Part shown: positions 24,991-36,469 of the stretch, in pieces | Position numbering within the stretch: position 1 is the stretch's first letter | Layout: the number at the start of each line of letters is the position of its first letter | Assembly (NCBI GenBank): GCA_951406725.2 | Contig: OX597825.1 | Coordinates: 37,014,001-37,078,000 of the forward strand | Reading direction: 5' to 3' | From: Octopus vulgaris | Taxonomy: Eukaryota | Length of the DNA stretch: 64,000 nt | Position numbers and translations under genes: made by a program | Notes under the pieces: generated by a model | What the model was told of the DNA's origin: nothing | The model's database searches: none | The model's input: only the letters and a program-made list of their open reading frames with translations

Positions 24991-25539
24991 TACACACACA
25001 CACACCCTCACACACACACACACACATATATATTATATATAATTTACTTTTTATTATTCAATTGAATGCCACACATCCATTGCCAAGTAAGTTTATCTTC
25101 ACCCTTTTGATGCGACCCTCTTCTCTATACTGTTTTCTTTCTCCATCTTTCTCTAATTCCTTTTCTCCCCTCCCTCCTTCACTGTTTCTATCTGTCTCAT
25201 TCTCTCACCTCCTTTTATCTTTTCTTTTTTTTTCTCTCTCTCTCGTTGCTCACATGTCCCCAGTGTTCCTCACGTGACCATCTTTCTTTTCTTGCAAGGA
25301 CGTTCTAAAGAACGGGTGTTTTTTTCTCTCCCTCTTCCATCTTTTCTCTTTTCAAGAAAAGAAAAGATATTTCTCACAGAGCCCACTATTTTCCTCCCGT
25401 TTTGTTATAACGACCCTCCATGTTTGTTTTCGTTCGGTTTCCTTGTATGTCTCCACTGTCATGTTTTTTTTCCCAACTTTGACCATCCACAAATCCTAAA
25501 TTATATTTTAGAATTTATGGGAGAAACTGTTTTTGAAGA

Positions 25540-25608
25540 CTCATATTGTTGTTGAATGCTCGAAATGAGGAGTAGATAGACAGCCTACAACTGATGAAGG
25601 ATCCTTTC
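25540..25608 (+). ncRNA. Non-circularly permuted hammerhead candidate, family 2 copy B
   Basis: CTCAUA 25540-25545, TTGT/ACAA stem I, GAAATGAG 25562-25569, CUGAUGA 25591-25597; within a ~210-bp direct repeat of 24487-24700. Confidence 0.55.
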
Positions 25609-25783
25609 TCTGTGTTTACTTGTCCTGTTTTCCATTTTTTCTTGTTGTTTATGTATTTAACCCGTTTCTATGCGTATTTCATGTTGTTTGAAATGTTGGC
25701 GATGTCTTGTACCCATATATGCATATATAGTTATATCATTTACTAATTATTGTTTAATTGAACACCACGCATTTATTTTCAAG

Positions 25784-25814
<31 letters not shown>

Positions 25815-26519
25815 ATATTGATATCTCTGTTTCCGTTAAATGTTACACTCAATATTATAATTCAAGTATTGAGTTCTCTTTTTCTTCTGTTAGTAACACA
25901 TAACCGTCTAGACTTAAACGCGCGCGCACACACACAAATACACACACAGACGCAGACACACATCAACACACATAAAAATACAAACAAGTAGTTATATGAA
26001 CATACGTGGTTCGATATATACCAATATGTATAATCGTCTATACACATACACGCACACGCATACACACACACACGCATAAACACACACACACATACACACA
26101 TATATAGATGGATAGGATACTATCTACATGATAATTAATATTAAATAGCTGAAAGCATACGCAAGGGTTAATTAAGATTTTAGTCAGCTTAAAAGGCAAT
26201 TAAAATGAATTTATTTCAATGAGAAGTAGAAATAATTTGTGGGTGTGATTTGCAAAGATCGCCCTGCTGAGCTAACAACGTAGATTGGAAGTTATGAGAT
26301 AAGTGGTCAAAACGAATTAAGAAAATCCGTTTTTGAAACACTACAAGATACATATATAGACACTAACATATGTGTGTGTATGCGTATATATGTATGTATG
26401 AATATATATGTGTATATAGATTTATAGACAAACATATATTTAAATACATGCGCTCACATTTAATCATTTATCTTATTTAATCATTTCATTCGCTTTTAGC
26501 TATGTAATGTTAATTACTG

Positions 26520-26563
<44 letters not shown>

Positions 26564-26667
26564 ATATATATATATATATATACATACACACATATACATA
26601 CATGTATATATGTATATATATATACATATACATACATGTATATATGTATATATATATACATATACAT

Positions 26668-26706
<39 letters not shown>

Positions 26707-26817
26707 CATACATATATATAGGCAAATCAAAATAAATAGAGGTAAATGAACAAAAATTAATAGAGGCGAAACTGATTTTGTTCAGTGAAAGTTTCAGGTG
26801 GAAAAAATAGGAGTTAA

Positions 26818-26851
26818 AATGATGTTTCGCGCATGGCTCTTCGTCGGAAAG
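26818..26851 (-). ncRNA. Minimal hammerhead relic
   Basis: CCGACGA-AGAGC-CATG-CGC-GAAAC-ATC. Confidence 0.4.
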
Positions 26852-27102
26852 AGGTAAAAATTTAGAGAGGAGGAAGCGCCGAAAAATAAATGACCGGAAG
26901 CTAGAATAAGACAGAGACTGTGGAGAGTACAAAAATAGCTACTGAGTTTGTTGTATGTATGTGTGTGCTTGTGTGTTTATGAGAGTGTCTTTGTGTGAGA
27001 AACTTGTTTGTGTGAAATATATATGTGATTTGTTATGTGTGGGATGCGAGTCATGTGTCTTTATATTAGGAAGTGCTACATATGATGGTAGTATATGTGT
27101 TT

Positions 27103-27370
27103 GGCGGCGAGCTGGCAGAAGGCGGCGAGCTGGCAGAAGGCGGCGAGCTGGCAGAAACGTTAGCACGCCGGGCGAAATGCTTAGCGGTATTTCGTCTGCG
27201 TTACGTTGTGAGTTCAAATTCCGCCGAGGTCGACTTTGCCTTTCATCCTTTCGGGGTCGATAAATTAAGTACCAGTTACGCACTGGAGTCGATGTAATCG
27301 ACTTAATACCTATGTCTGTCCTTGTTTGTCCCCTCTGTGTTTAGCCCCTTGTGGGTAATAAAGAAATAAG
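27103..27370 (+). mobile_element. OK-type cephalopod SINE with triplicated 5' end (other copies ~35073-35285 +, ~38188-38400 +, ~47060-47433 -, ~54765-55175 -)
   Basis: GGCGGCGAGCTGGCAGAA x3; GAGTTCAAATTCCGCCGAGGTCGACTTTGCCTTTCATCCTTTCGGGGTCGATAA. Confidence 0.8.
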
Positions 27371-28159
27371 TATATGTGTTTGTTTTTGTCTGAGTGTTTA
27401 GTGTGAGAGAGTGAATCTAACAAGTTAGTAACAGTAGAATATAATAGGAATAGTATTGGGATCGAGAGTCCAGCCGATGTGTGTGAAAGTGCGTAGGTGT
27501 CTTTGTGTGTGTACGTACGTGTTTGTGTATGTGTGCGCATGAGTGTATGTGTGAGTACGTGTGTACGGATGTGTGTGCGCATGTATGTATGTATGTTTTG
27601 CGCGTGTTTTTGCGTATGAAAATGTATGTGCGTGTATTTCGATATGGCTTAGGAGATTTTGTACGAACAATATGTAAACGTGTGTGTGTGCGCGCACGCG
27701 CAGTGGATATTTATGTTGTGTGTGGCGTGTAAGTTATATATGTTAGTGTGTGGAAGATAAATGCAGGGAGAAAGAAGCTCAGCAGAGGAAAAGAGAATGA
27801 TAGAGAAAAGAAAGTTAGAAGCCTTTACAAGAAGGAGAGGGGATGTCAAGTCCGACCGGTGTATGAATTCATAGTCGGAAAATATACCGTTGCTCCTGGA
27901 GAAGTCTAGAGGCTGTGGTTCTGTAGTTTAAGCCCGGGACGAAGGCAGTGAGGTATTCGGTGGAGAGGTTGGTCAAACAGAAATGACGGGCGACGGTGTT
28001 ATTTTTTGGAGGTGAATTTCTTATAAATATTTCATAAATCTGTCAGTTAGACGGCGGCCAGACTGTCCAACATATAGCGAGCCACAAGGGGAACAGTTGA
28101 AGCAATATGAGCCATATAGTCCTATATCTTGGGAAATACCTTCCATTCCTCATTTGATG

Positions 28160-28208
<49 letters not shown>

Positions 28209-28429
28209 AAATATGTTTAGAGAAAAAGGCCAGCCAGACATATGTTCGGTCTATTTGACCACTAGAGAATCGCATATTCTACGAATACTTATAGATAATT
28301 AACAACTCAAACTCGTCTTTAATCGTGAATGTAACATCTGTCTATTTTTCTCTTTACTTATTTATGTTATCTACTTATCTGCCTGCTTATCTGTCTGTCT
28401 GTTTGCCTACCTATCATAGATCTATCAAT

Positions 28430-28910
28430 CTCAGAAAGTTTATCAACTCACCGAAAATAATTCAAGAAACACAAATTATCATCGGCCAAAGACAAGACCA
28501 AATCTCAAAAGACTCCTAACAAAGGTGAAATTCACATTGAAGAAGAAATAATGTAGATAACAGTTGATCAGGGAACGATCAACAGATTGAAGAATGAGAA
28601 GAAATTGAAGTTTAATGCAATCACAAATTGCAAACCAAAAATATCATCTTCTGCTTCACATGCTACCAATGCAATGAGAACTACATCGTTCTAACAAGGA
28701 TCAAAACGAAAGTCTTCATGTGAGAGTGAGTGCATAAACAACAAATTAAGAACTCGTCGTTTAGAAATATTCCCTATAGTCATTTTTTTTAAAGTGGAAA
28801 ACTCAAAACATTCCCCCTTCAAAGTAAAAAGTGATTAGCTACGAAATGCAAAAAGAATATTTTATAAGAATTCTAAATCCGAAAGTAAACCGGAAATACT
28901 CAACATCACT
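28430..28910 (+). pseudogene. Decayed PLE GIY-YIG endonuclease fragment
   Basis: TKNIIFCFTCYQCNENYIVLT...RVHKQQI...EYFIRILNP. Confidence 0.65.
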
Positions 28911-29388
28911 GTTAAAGATAACTCTCTTTATACAGATTGCTCCATTATACGTGGGTTTGAAAAAGGAAATGACGAAACCGCTGACACACACAATACGAAG
29001 AATTCCTTCCCAAACGTTCGTATCGTTTTATTTTTCTAAGACTTTTTGAAGTAGTTAATAACTTTTATGAAAAATCTTCCTTCAAATCTTTTATGAAAAA
29101 TGTTCCTTCAAATATTTATTGAAGTAGAAGGTTGGACATTTTTCCCATATCGAAGTTTGATAAGCTGAAAAAAGTTATTTTATAGTTCACAGTTAGCATC
29201 TGGGGTTTCTGTGTATGCGAATAAAAATTCAAATTTAGGGAATGGAGTAGATAAAATCCAAGCTACATATTTTCCTAGCAAGGAGAACCCCGGAAGTAGT
29301 AATTACCAAAACGAGAGGTAAACCGCTAGCTACCTTAGTCAAATGGAAGTTAAATTGTCGTCAAGGGAGCCCATGTTAACTCGCACGT

Positions 29389-29430
<42 letters not shown>

Positions 29431-29431
29431 C

Positions 29432-29850
29432 TATAAGCATTTTTTGCGTAATAAGATAAAAAAAACAAGGATCTGTAGATATTAGAACATTTATAGATAG
29501 AAGGCCTTACAGCTGTTTCTAGGATATTTATTAATTATATCCTTTCATCGGAGACGGTGTGAGAGTATACTCTCACACCGTCTCCGATGAAAGGATATAA
29601 TTAATGAATATCCTAGAAACAGCTGTAAGGCCTTCTATCTATAAATGTTCTAATATCTACAGATCCTTGGTTTCTTTTATCTTATTATGCAAAAAATTCT
29701 TATATACACACGCTGACATAGAACCAACGTTGAACATTTTATTCGCAAAATTACCGAATCTGGAACTTAACTATGGTCTGTCTATAGCACTTATTAAGCA
29801 TTACCTGACACCTTTGGGTTTCAATGACACCATTATCTCTTATGTCTATG
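29432..29850 (+). mobile_element. PLE pseudo-LTR in head-to-head palindrome (centre 29567/29568)
   Basis: ~135-bp arms with no spacer; each arm contains a hammerhead. Confidence 0.8.
29580..29631 (+). ncRNA. Type I hammerhead (U4C variant), mirrored on the minus strand at ~29504-29555
   Basis: GTCT-CCGATGA-A-AGGATAT..ATATCCT-A-GAAAC-AGCT-GTA-AGGC. Confidence 0.7.
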
Positions 29851-30292
29851 TTTGTAGGTAGATATGTGTATGTATGTGTGTGTATTTTTTCCTTTTCTTC
29901 TTCTTTTCCTCATTCACTTTCGTCTTCTTCTACTCATTTTCCTCCAGCCCTCCCCCTTCTTCTTCCTCTTCTTATGCGTATCCTGCCTCTTTATTCCCCA
30001 CCACTACATAGTCTCTACTCTATTTACACACCGTATATCCACACTTTTCTTTTTTATTTCCTCCCGATATCTGCCAGACAACAACGTCTGAAGGACGCAC
30101 AATGTGACAACAGACCTTTCATGCAAGTCTGATTAAGTGTCTCTTTAATGTCTAAAACCAAAAACATTACGTGAATTTTCGTTTAGAATTTTTGCGTAAA
30201 CCGGCGTTGCAAATAGAGATGGTACAGAAACAATTATAACTTATAATTAAAGATGTGTTAAAGAATTTTCTTTGTCTTCTTCTCTTCATTGG

Positions 30293-30329
<37 letters not shown>

Positions 30330-30442
30330 AACTGAAAAAATAGAATTCTATATTTAAGAGACGAGGAATTATGTACATTATTTACATTTGACAGATATTT
30401 GTCCGCATCTTGCTTGAGGACACTACGCCATATGCCCACATG

Positions 30443-30696
30443 CATATGGCCTAGTGGTTAAGAGCGCGGCCTACTAACCCTAATATTCCGAGTTCGATTC
30501 CAGACAGTGATCTGAATAATAATAATAACAATAATAATAATAACAACAACAACATCAAAAAATACCTTAGGAATGAGAACCCAGGCTCGAAACTTCTCCA
30601 AGACATCTTACGAAGGCTGGCGCGTATATCAGCCGAAACGTTGTGTCAACAACAAACAAGATGAGGACAAATATCCGTCAAATGTAAATAATGTAA
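30443..30696 (+). mobile_element. tRNA-headed SINE carrying a minimal hammerhead
   Basis: A box TGGCCTAGTGG 30447, B box GTTCGATTC 30492, (AAT/AAC)n, HHR GACAT-CTTACGA-A-GGCTG..CAGCC-GAAAC-GTT-GTGTC at 30602-30647. Confidence 0.7.
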
Positions 30697-31645
30697 AGAA
30701 AAAATAGAACTTGAAAATGCACTGGGAATAGTTAAAATATTTTTATCATTATATTTAAAAATTTAATCGGTTTCACAGTTTACATCGATTTTCAAAAAAT
30801 TGAAATAGAAAGACGTGGCTCGTGTCGCAGCTGTTTTGTATCTGATTAGTGTTTGAAGCTTGCTCTATTTTTATGGGGAGTGCATGGCTCAAATTAGTAT
30901 GTGTTTTGAATAGGGTTTGATTGGTAGAGGATAGTTACATGACTGCTCTTAGAAATTTTTGTAGATTCCCCGCTACGTCCGTGTATTAGTATCAAGTGAA
31001 ATGTTTAGCCACTTAACACGAGGGACTTACACATCTAACAACTTAGACTTGAGCTACTGGACTACATACAAACAACTCCTGTCTGCTCTCTCACGAGACA
31101 CATTTTATTGGGAGTACTTTGATTGTAACTAAACATGTTTACTCAACCGTGTCAGCCTTCATCTTAGGAGTAAAATATACTGCCACATGACATTAACGCA
31201 CGGACGTAGCAGGAGACATACAGAATGTTCTAAACTTAATCACGTGTTCATTCTCTACAAACACTTGACAAATGATTCAGAGCATTGAGTGTGTAGTACT
31301 ACCACTAGACTTGTTCAGTCAACCGTGTCAAGACGCTAAACATTGTCACTTGATACTAACACACGGACGTAGCAGAGAACCTACGAACATTTCTAAGACC
31401 TGTCATGTGACTATCCGCCACAGGTCAAGCCCTTTCAAAACATATACTAATTTGAGCCATGAACTCCCTATAAAAATAAGGTAGCTTCAAACACTAGTAA
31501 GAAGCAAACCAGCTGTGACATAAGTCACGTTTTTTTTATTTCAAATTTTTGAAAATGAGTGTAAACTGTGAAACCGGTTAATTTTTAACTATAATAATAA
31601 AAAATGTTTTAACTTTTCTCAGCGCATTTTCAACTTCTATTTTTC
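30697..31645. repeat. ~320-bp diverged inverted repeat with internal ~178-bp tandem unit and U3-A8 hammerhead-like cores
   Basis: 30697-31020 inverts 31325-31645; 31143-31260 resembles 31320-31400; TTGAAAA..GAAACCGGTT at 31549-31579. Confidence 0.7.
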
Positions 31646-32177
31646 ATATATTTCTACCCGTGTGGAAGAAAATAATCTTGCTTTCTCTCTCCCTGTATAT
31701 ATATATATACATATATAGACATACATATATCTATACACTTCCACGTACAAACATAGACAGACATATGAGTGGTTGAGTATGGTAGGAGAAGGCAACTCAG
31801 CCACTGAAAGTCGATGTTTTTACAGTCTTTTTTCTGTCACCTTTAAAAAATCGACTAAGCTAGTTCCAGTCTGTTTGGTGGCCTGACATCCCAGAATTCC
31901 TTCAGCGCACTCTATACAATTATGTGACCAGAGAATCGGATCAACTGACCAACAAGTTCAGTCATGTGACTAAAGGTTACCGATTTTACAGGTGCAATTC
32001 TGGAACTCACATCTCTCGTAGTGTTTCACAAAATTCCTGTAAACAATCACGGTAACAAAACTAATGTATGTGACTCTTTGAAGCTATCATCAGCGCTGGA
32101 GTGAATTCACTGTTTTTCAATTAATAGGAATCCTCAGCTATGAATTGAGTTCACCTTTCCTTTGTTTCTACACAAAA

Positions 32178-32212
<35 letters not shown>

Positions 32213-33121
32213 TTATATATTAACATATATGTGAATTAACATACACACATACATATATGCACTTACATATATGGACATACACGAATACATAGATACATAT
32301 ACTTCAATGATTCAGGGACATTATCCATTTAATAATTAACATTAAATGGCTTAAAGCACATTTAATGATTATAGAAACTTAATTGGTAATTAAAATAATT
32401 TTAATGCAACGTGAATTAGAAACAATTTGTAGACACTATCTGCAGGGAAGGCTCTACTAAACTTAGAATAAAGAAGGGGCTTTATGACATTCATGCCTCA
32501 TCCGAAGTTAATTAGATGCGTGAGCAAAAGTAAAGTTTCTTAGAAACAGCAACAAAAGATAAGTAATATTGTTTCAGGAATCTGCAACTATATTTTGTCG
32601 TTTTATCTTACAAAATTTATCTTAACCTTGCCTTATCTTTTATATAAAACTTACTCCTAACCCTGCTACTTGTTAGTACATCATTTTCATATGTAGTCTG
32701 GTACCTAAATATTTCACTCATAAAATATTTTTAACTAAATTATTTTATTTTATTCCTTTGGAGTTTGACAGCATCTATTAATCTCATAAGACTCATGGAA
32801 TGGAAAGATTGAGGGCTTCATTTTAAAATTCCACTACTCGAAATTTGGCACTAAGAGTCACTGAACGGCTCACCATTAAAGGTGCTTTATAAACAGAATT
32901 TTTATCCTATATGCGGCTATAAGAATACAATTAGTTAATACCGAAGATCAACTCCTCCATATAAAATGCATTTACTGATTGTAGAATCCATATTGGAGCC
33001 CTCTTACCTCAAAAGATTGCTGTAGAAATCAAATTTATCCTTCAGGGTGAATTTCGGAGTTCATAGCTTCCCCGCTAATATTCCGTCACTAATTCACAAA
33101 TTCAGATGTTGTTTTGTCACG

Positions 33122-33155
<34 letters not shown>

Positions 33156-33371
33156 ATGGAGATAAACACAGGCTTGATATAATTATATTTACATAATTAT
33201 ATAAAAGTACAAAATAAGATAAAAATGTAATTGCATAACTCGACAACTGCTTCAGGAAGCTCGAAGTTACGTAATAATTATTATAATCATAAATTATAGA
33301 TGAAATTTTGAAAAAGTAACGGATATGTAACCGGTAACAAGTCACATGAAGATATTGCAATAAGTCGGATT

Positions 33372-34500
33372 CTCCTCACTAAGAAAAGACTGGCATTTGC
33401 CCACATCTTAGGAAACTGTATTTAGAGGAGGACTTCGTTCTGAACGCTTTTCTTGGGTCTGTTGTAAGGTAAAGACCATATTGGTAATTTCAGAAGCTGA
33501 TCGAAATCTACATTCAGTCCATTAAGAAGACGTTTTGAGAAGTTTTCTAGAAAACGAGAGGCAGGAGATACCTCAATAGTCTCTTCATTGTGCACATTCT
33601 TTATGAAAATTGTTACATTGGTAACATTTTTCAAATCTATAATTACCTCATCTTGTTCTCAAGGTTGGATGAGATAATGAATCCTAGTGAGGAGGATTGA
33701 CTCTCATATCTGACAAGTTCCGCTTGAATTTAATCTATTCCAGCATATTTATTTTGGTGGTGAGGGAGCAATATCCGGATATACAGAAAAGTTTTGTTGT
33801 GAAATTTTGTTAATGCACTCAGGTGATACATTGGATGAACGATTAAGCAAAGTTTTGAGACGATCTTGCCATCTCTTCATGTATAGAATCTTCTTCGATT
33901 AGAGCTAGATTTCCATCTACCAATTTAATTGGCAATGTTCTTATTTTTGTGGGCCAAAAAACATTTTGAGTGAATTGGAAGATATATCTTGATTGGTTCT
34001 AGTTTTCGTAGTCTAGTATTTCTTTGGTTCTGTCAAACTACTATTGATTCTGCATATATCTAAATCTTCATTGCGCTTCTGATTTGATTTCAAAATAAAA
34101 TCTGTCTTCTGACTTTGAAATTCAGATTGTTCTTTTTGTCAAAGAAGTTTAGCTTTCACTTTTTTTTAGTCCGTCCTTTCATTGTATTGTCGCTTTCATC
34201 GAACTAATCTAGTTTCTATTTTTGAAGTGAGCCACGATTTTCGCCTGCAGTATCAAGTACTACTGATTGAAAAATACTCCACTCCTCTTCAGTTGAGATC
34301 TCATAGACTGATTGATTACAAAATTTTTTGTTTAAGGTTGTCCAATAATTGTTAATACCATAAAGTCTGAAAGAGGTTTAATATTCTATTTCCTCCTTCA
34401 AGCGGTATGATAGAGTTTGAGTGAATGTTTTATTTTAATTTTTCATTTCGTTAGAACCATTTTGTGATTAGTCAGACATCAGTAGATCGTATTAATTTAC
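33372..34500 (-). mobile_element. Decayed PLE 5' coding region with adjacent plus-strand HHR relic (33372-33430)
   Basis: CTCCTC..GAAAC..GAGGAG stem; minus-strand NLSD motif region near 33715; heavily decayed. Confidence 0.35.
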
Positions 34501-35704
34501 TACAGTGTACACCTGATATATCTTTTTTTCGCGTAATAACAAATCAATTAGATTTCAATTTTTGAACAGAGATGCATCCTTGTAGTTTTGCTTACTATCA
34601 TGAATTCGACTCCCAAAATTTCAGAAGTAGCAGCATATTTCCACTGTATTTAAATACGCCATGTTCCGTAGGAACATTAGAGTCTCAAGTAGAATAATTT
34701 TTTTGTGAAGCTTGATAAAAAGAATGTAATACTAAATGAAGTGACGACTATGTTTTTTATTAATATCCACAATTGTTGAAGCATAAGCACAAATCATAGA
34801 GATAAACTAAAAGAAAAATATTCGAAGTTAACATGTTCACTTACAGAAATTAATAGAATTTTAAATTCCATGTGTAGTTGGTTTCCTTTCTAGACGAAGG
34901 CGCAATCTTTGTATTTCTACATTAGATTGCTTGCTCAAGCTATTCTGGCAATATCTTACATTGTAATTTCAAAATTCACAAGAGACTCGAGCTGTTAGTC
35001 GTTCAGATAATTATGAATATTTATGGTCTTGTAAAATCGTCACAATACAAATTTCAATAATTAACTATAATAAAGGCGACGAGCAGGCAGGATAGTTAGC
35101 ACGCAGGGTTAAATACTTGTCGGCATTTCGTCCGTCCTCACGTTCTGAATTCAAATTCTACTGAAGTCGATTTTACCTTTTAGCCTATAGGGATCGATAA
35201 AGGAAGTACCAGTTGAGTACTGGGGGTCGATGCAAACGACTTACTCTTCCCCAAAATTTCTGGTCTTGTGCCAAAATTTGAAACCAACTATATTCTCATT
35301 TTCGTTTTACTAGTGCATCCACTAATGGATGAACCTCCAAGATGCGCATTTTCAGTCAGATTAAAGCGGGTTACATAGTATTTAGGAAATGTTTCCGGTA
35401 ACTTCTCCCCATGAAGGGTGAGCAGCAGTGGTCCTAAATAGGTATTCCTAAATATTAACCCATGGTCTGATGGACGATGAGACATATTTTCGATGGTAAT
35501 CATGCACTTGAGTACGCTTAACATATTTGTTTTTAATTCGCCATTGCTTAAAGCTATATATATATATATATGAATACATACATCTTTGAAATTATTTCAT
35601 GAGGAGTGTATATACCAAACAAGCCAGGAGGTATGAAAGGTGAATATATATTTCACAATTCGATATGTGTAGAATTACGGCCGTTTCGTAGCCTTTGTCA
35701 TGTC

Positions 35705-36120
35705 TTTTACTCTTTTACTCTTTTACTTGTTTCAGTCATTTGACTGTGACCATGCTGGAGCACCGCCTTTAGTCGAGTAAATCGACCCCAGGACTTATTC
35801 TCTGTAAGCCTAGTACTTATTTTATCGGTCTCTTTGGCCGAACCGCTATGTTACGGGGGCGTAAACACACCAGCTTCGGTTGTCAAGTGATGTTGGGGGG
35901 ACAAACACAGACACACAAACATACACACACACACACATATATATATACATATATACGACGGGCTTCTTTCAGTTTCCGTCTACCAAATCCACTCACAAGG
36001 CTTTGGTCAGCCCGAGGCTATAGTAGAAGACACTTGCCCAAGGTGCCACGCAGTGGGACTGAACCCGGAACCATGTGGTTCGTAAGCAAGCTACTTACCA
36101 AACAGCCACTCCTACGCCTG
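35705..36120 (-). mobile_element. OR-type tRNA SINE (other copies ~50120-50445 -, ~57150-57350 +, ~60467-60980 +)
   Basis: Head AGGCGTAGGAGTGGCTGTTTGGTAAG...GGTTCAGTCCCACTGCGTGGCACCTTGGGCAAG; (AGAGTAAA)n tail. Confidence 0.85.
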
Positions 36121-36469
36121 TAATAATAATATTTGTATATATATATATAATATAAATTGTGCATACATGAATATATATATGCACGACTCCGTAGACACAC
36201 AGATGCCTACCTACCCACCTACCTACCTACCTACCTACCTACCTACCTACCTACCTACCTACCTACCTACCTACTTACCTATCTACCTACCTACCTACTT
36301 ACCTACCTACCTACCTACCTACCTACTTTACTATCTACCTATTTACTTATATACATCCATGACTATATAAACACACACACGCACGCACGCACACATTTTC
36401 AGGGTTTAATAGAAAACAAAATTTATGAATACCTTATTTGTTCTATTTCAAAAGGTGAATTTGTCAAAT

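Noticed and set aside
34830-35524. Possible minus-strand host exons (EIQRLRLRLERK...; 78-aa ORF at 35288-35524)
   Set aside because: Only weak splice signals and no recognisable protein family; needs RNA-seq.
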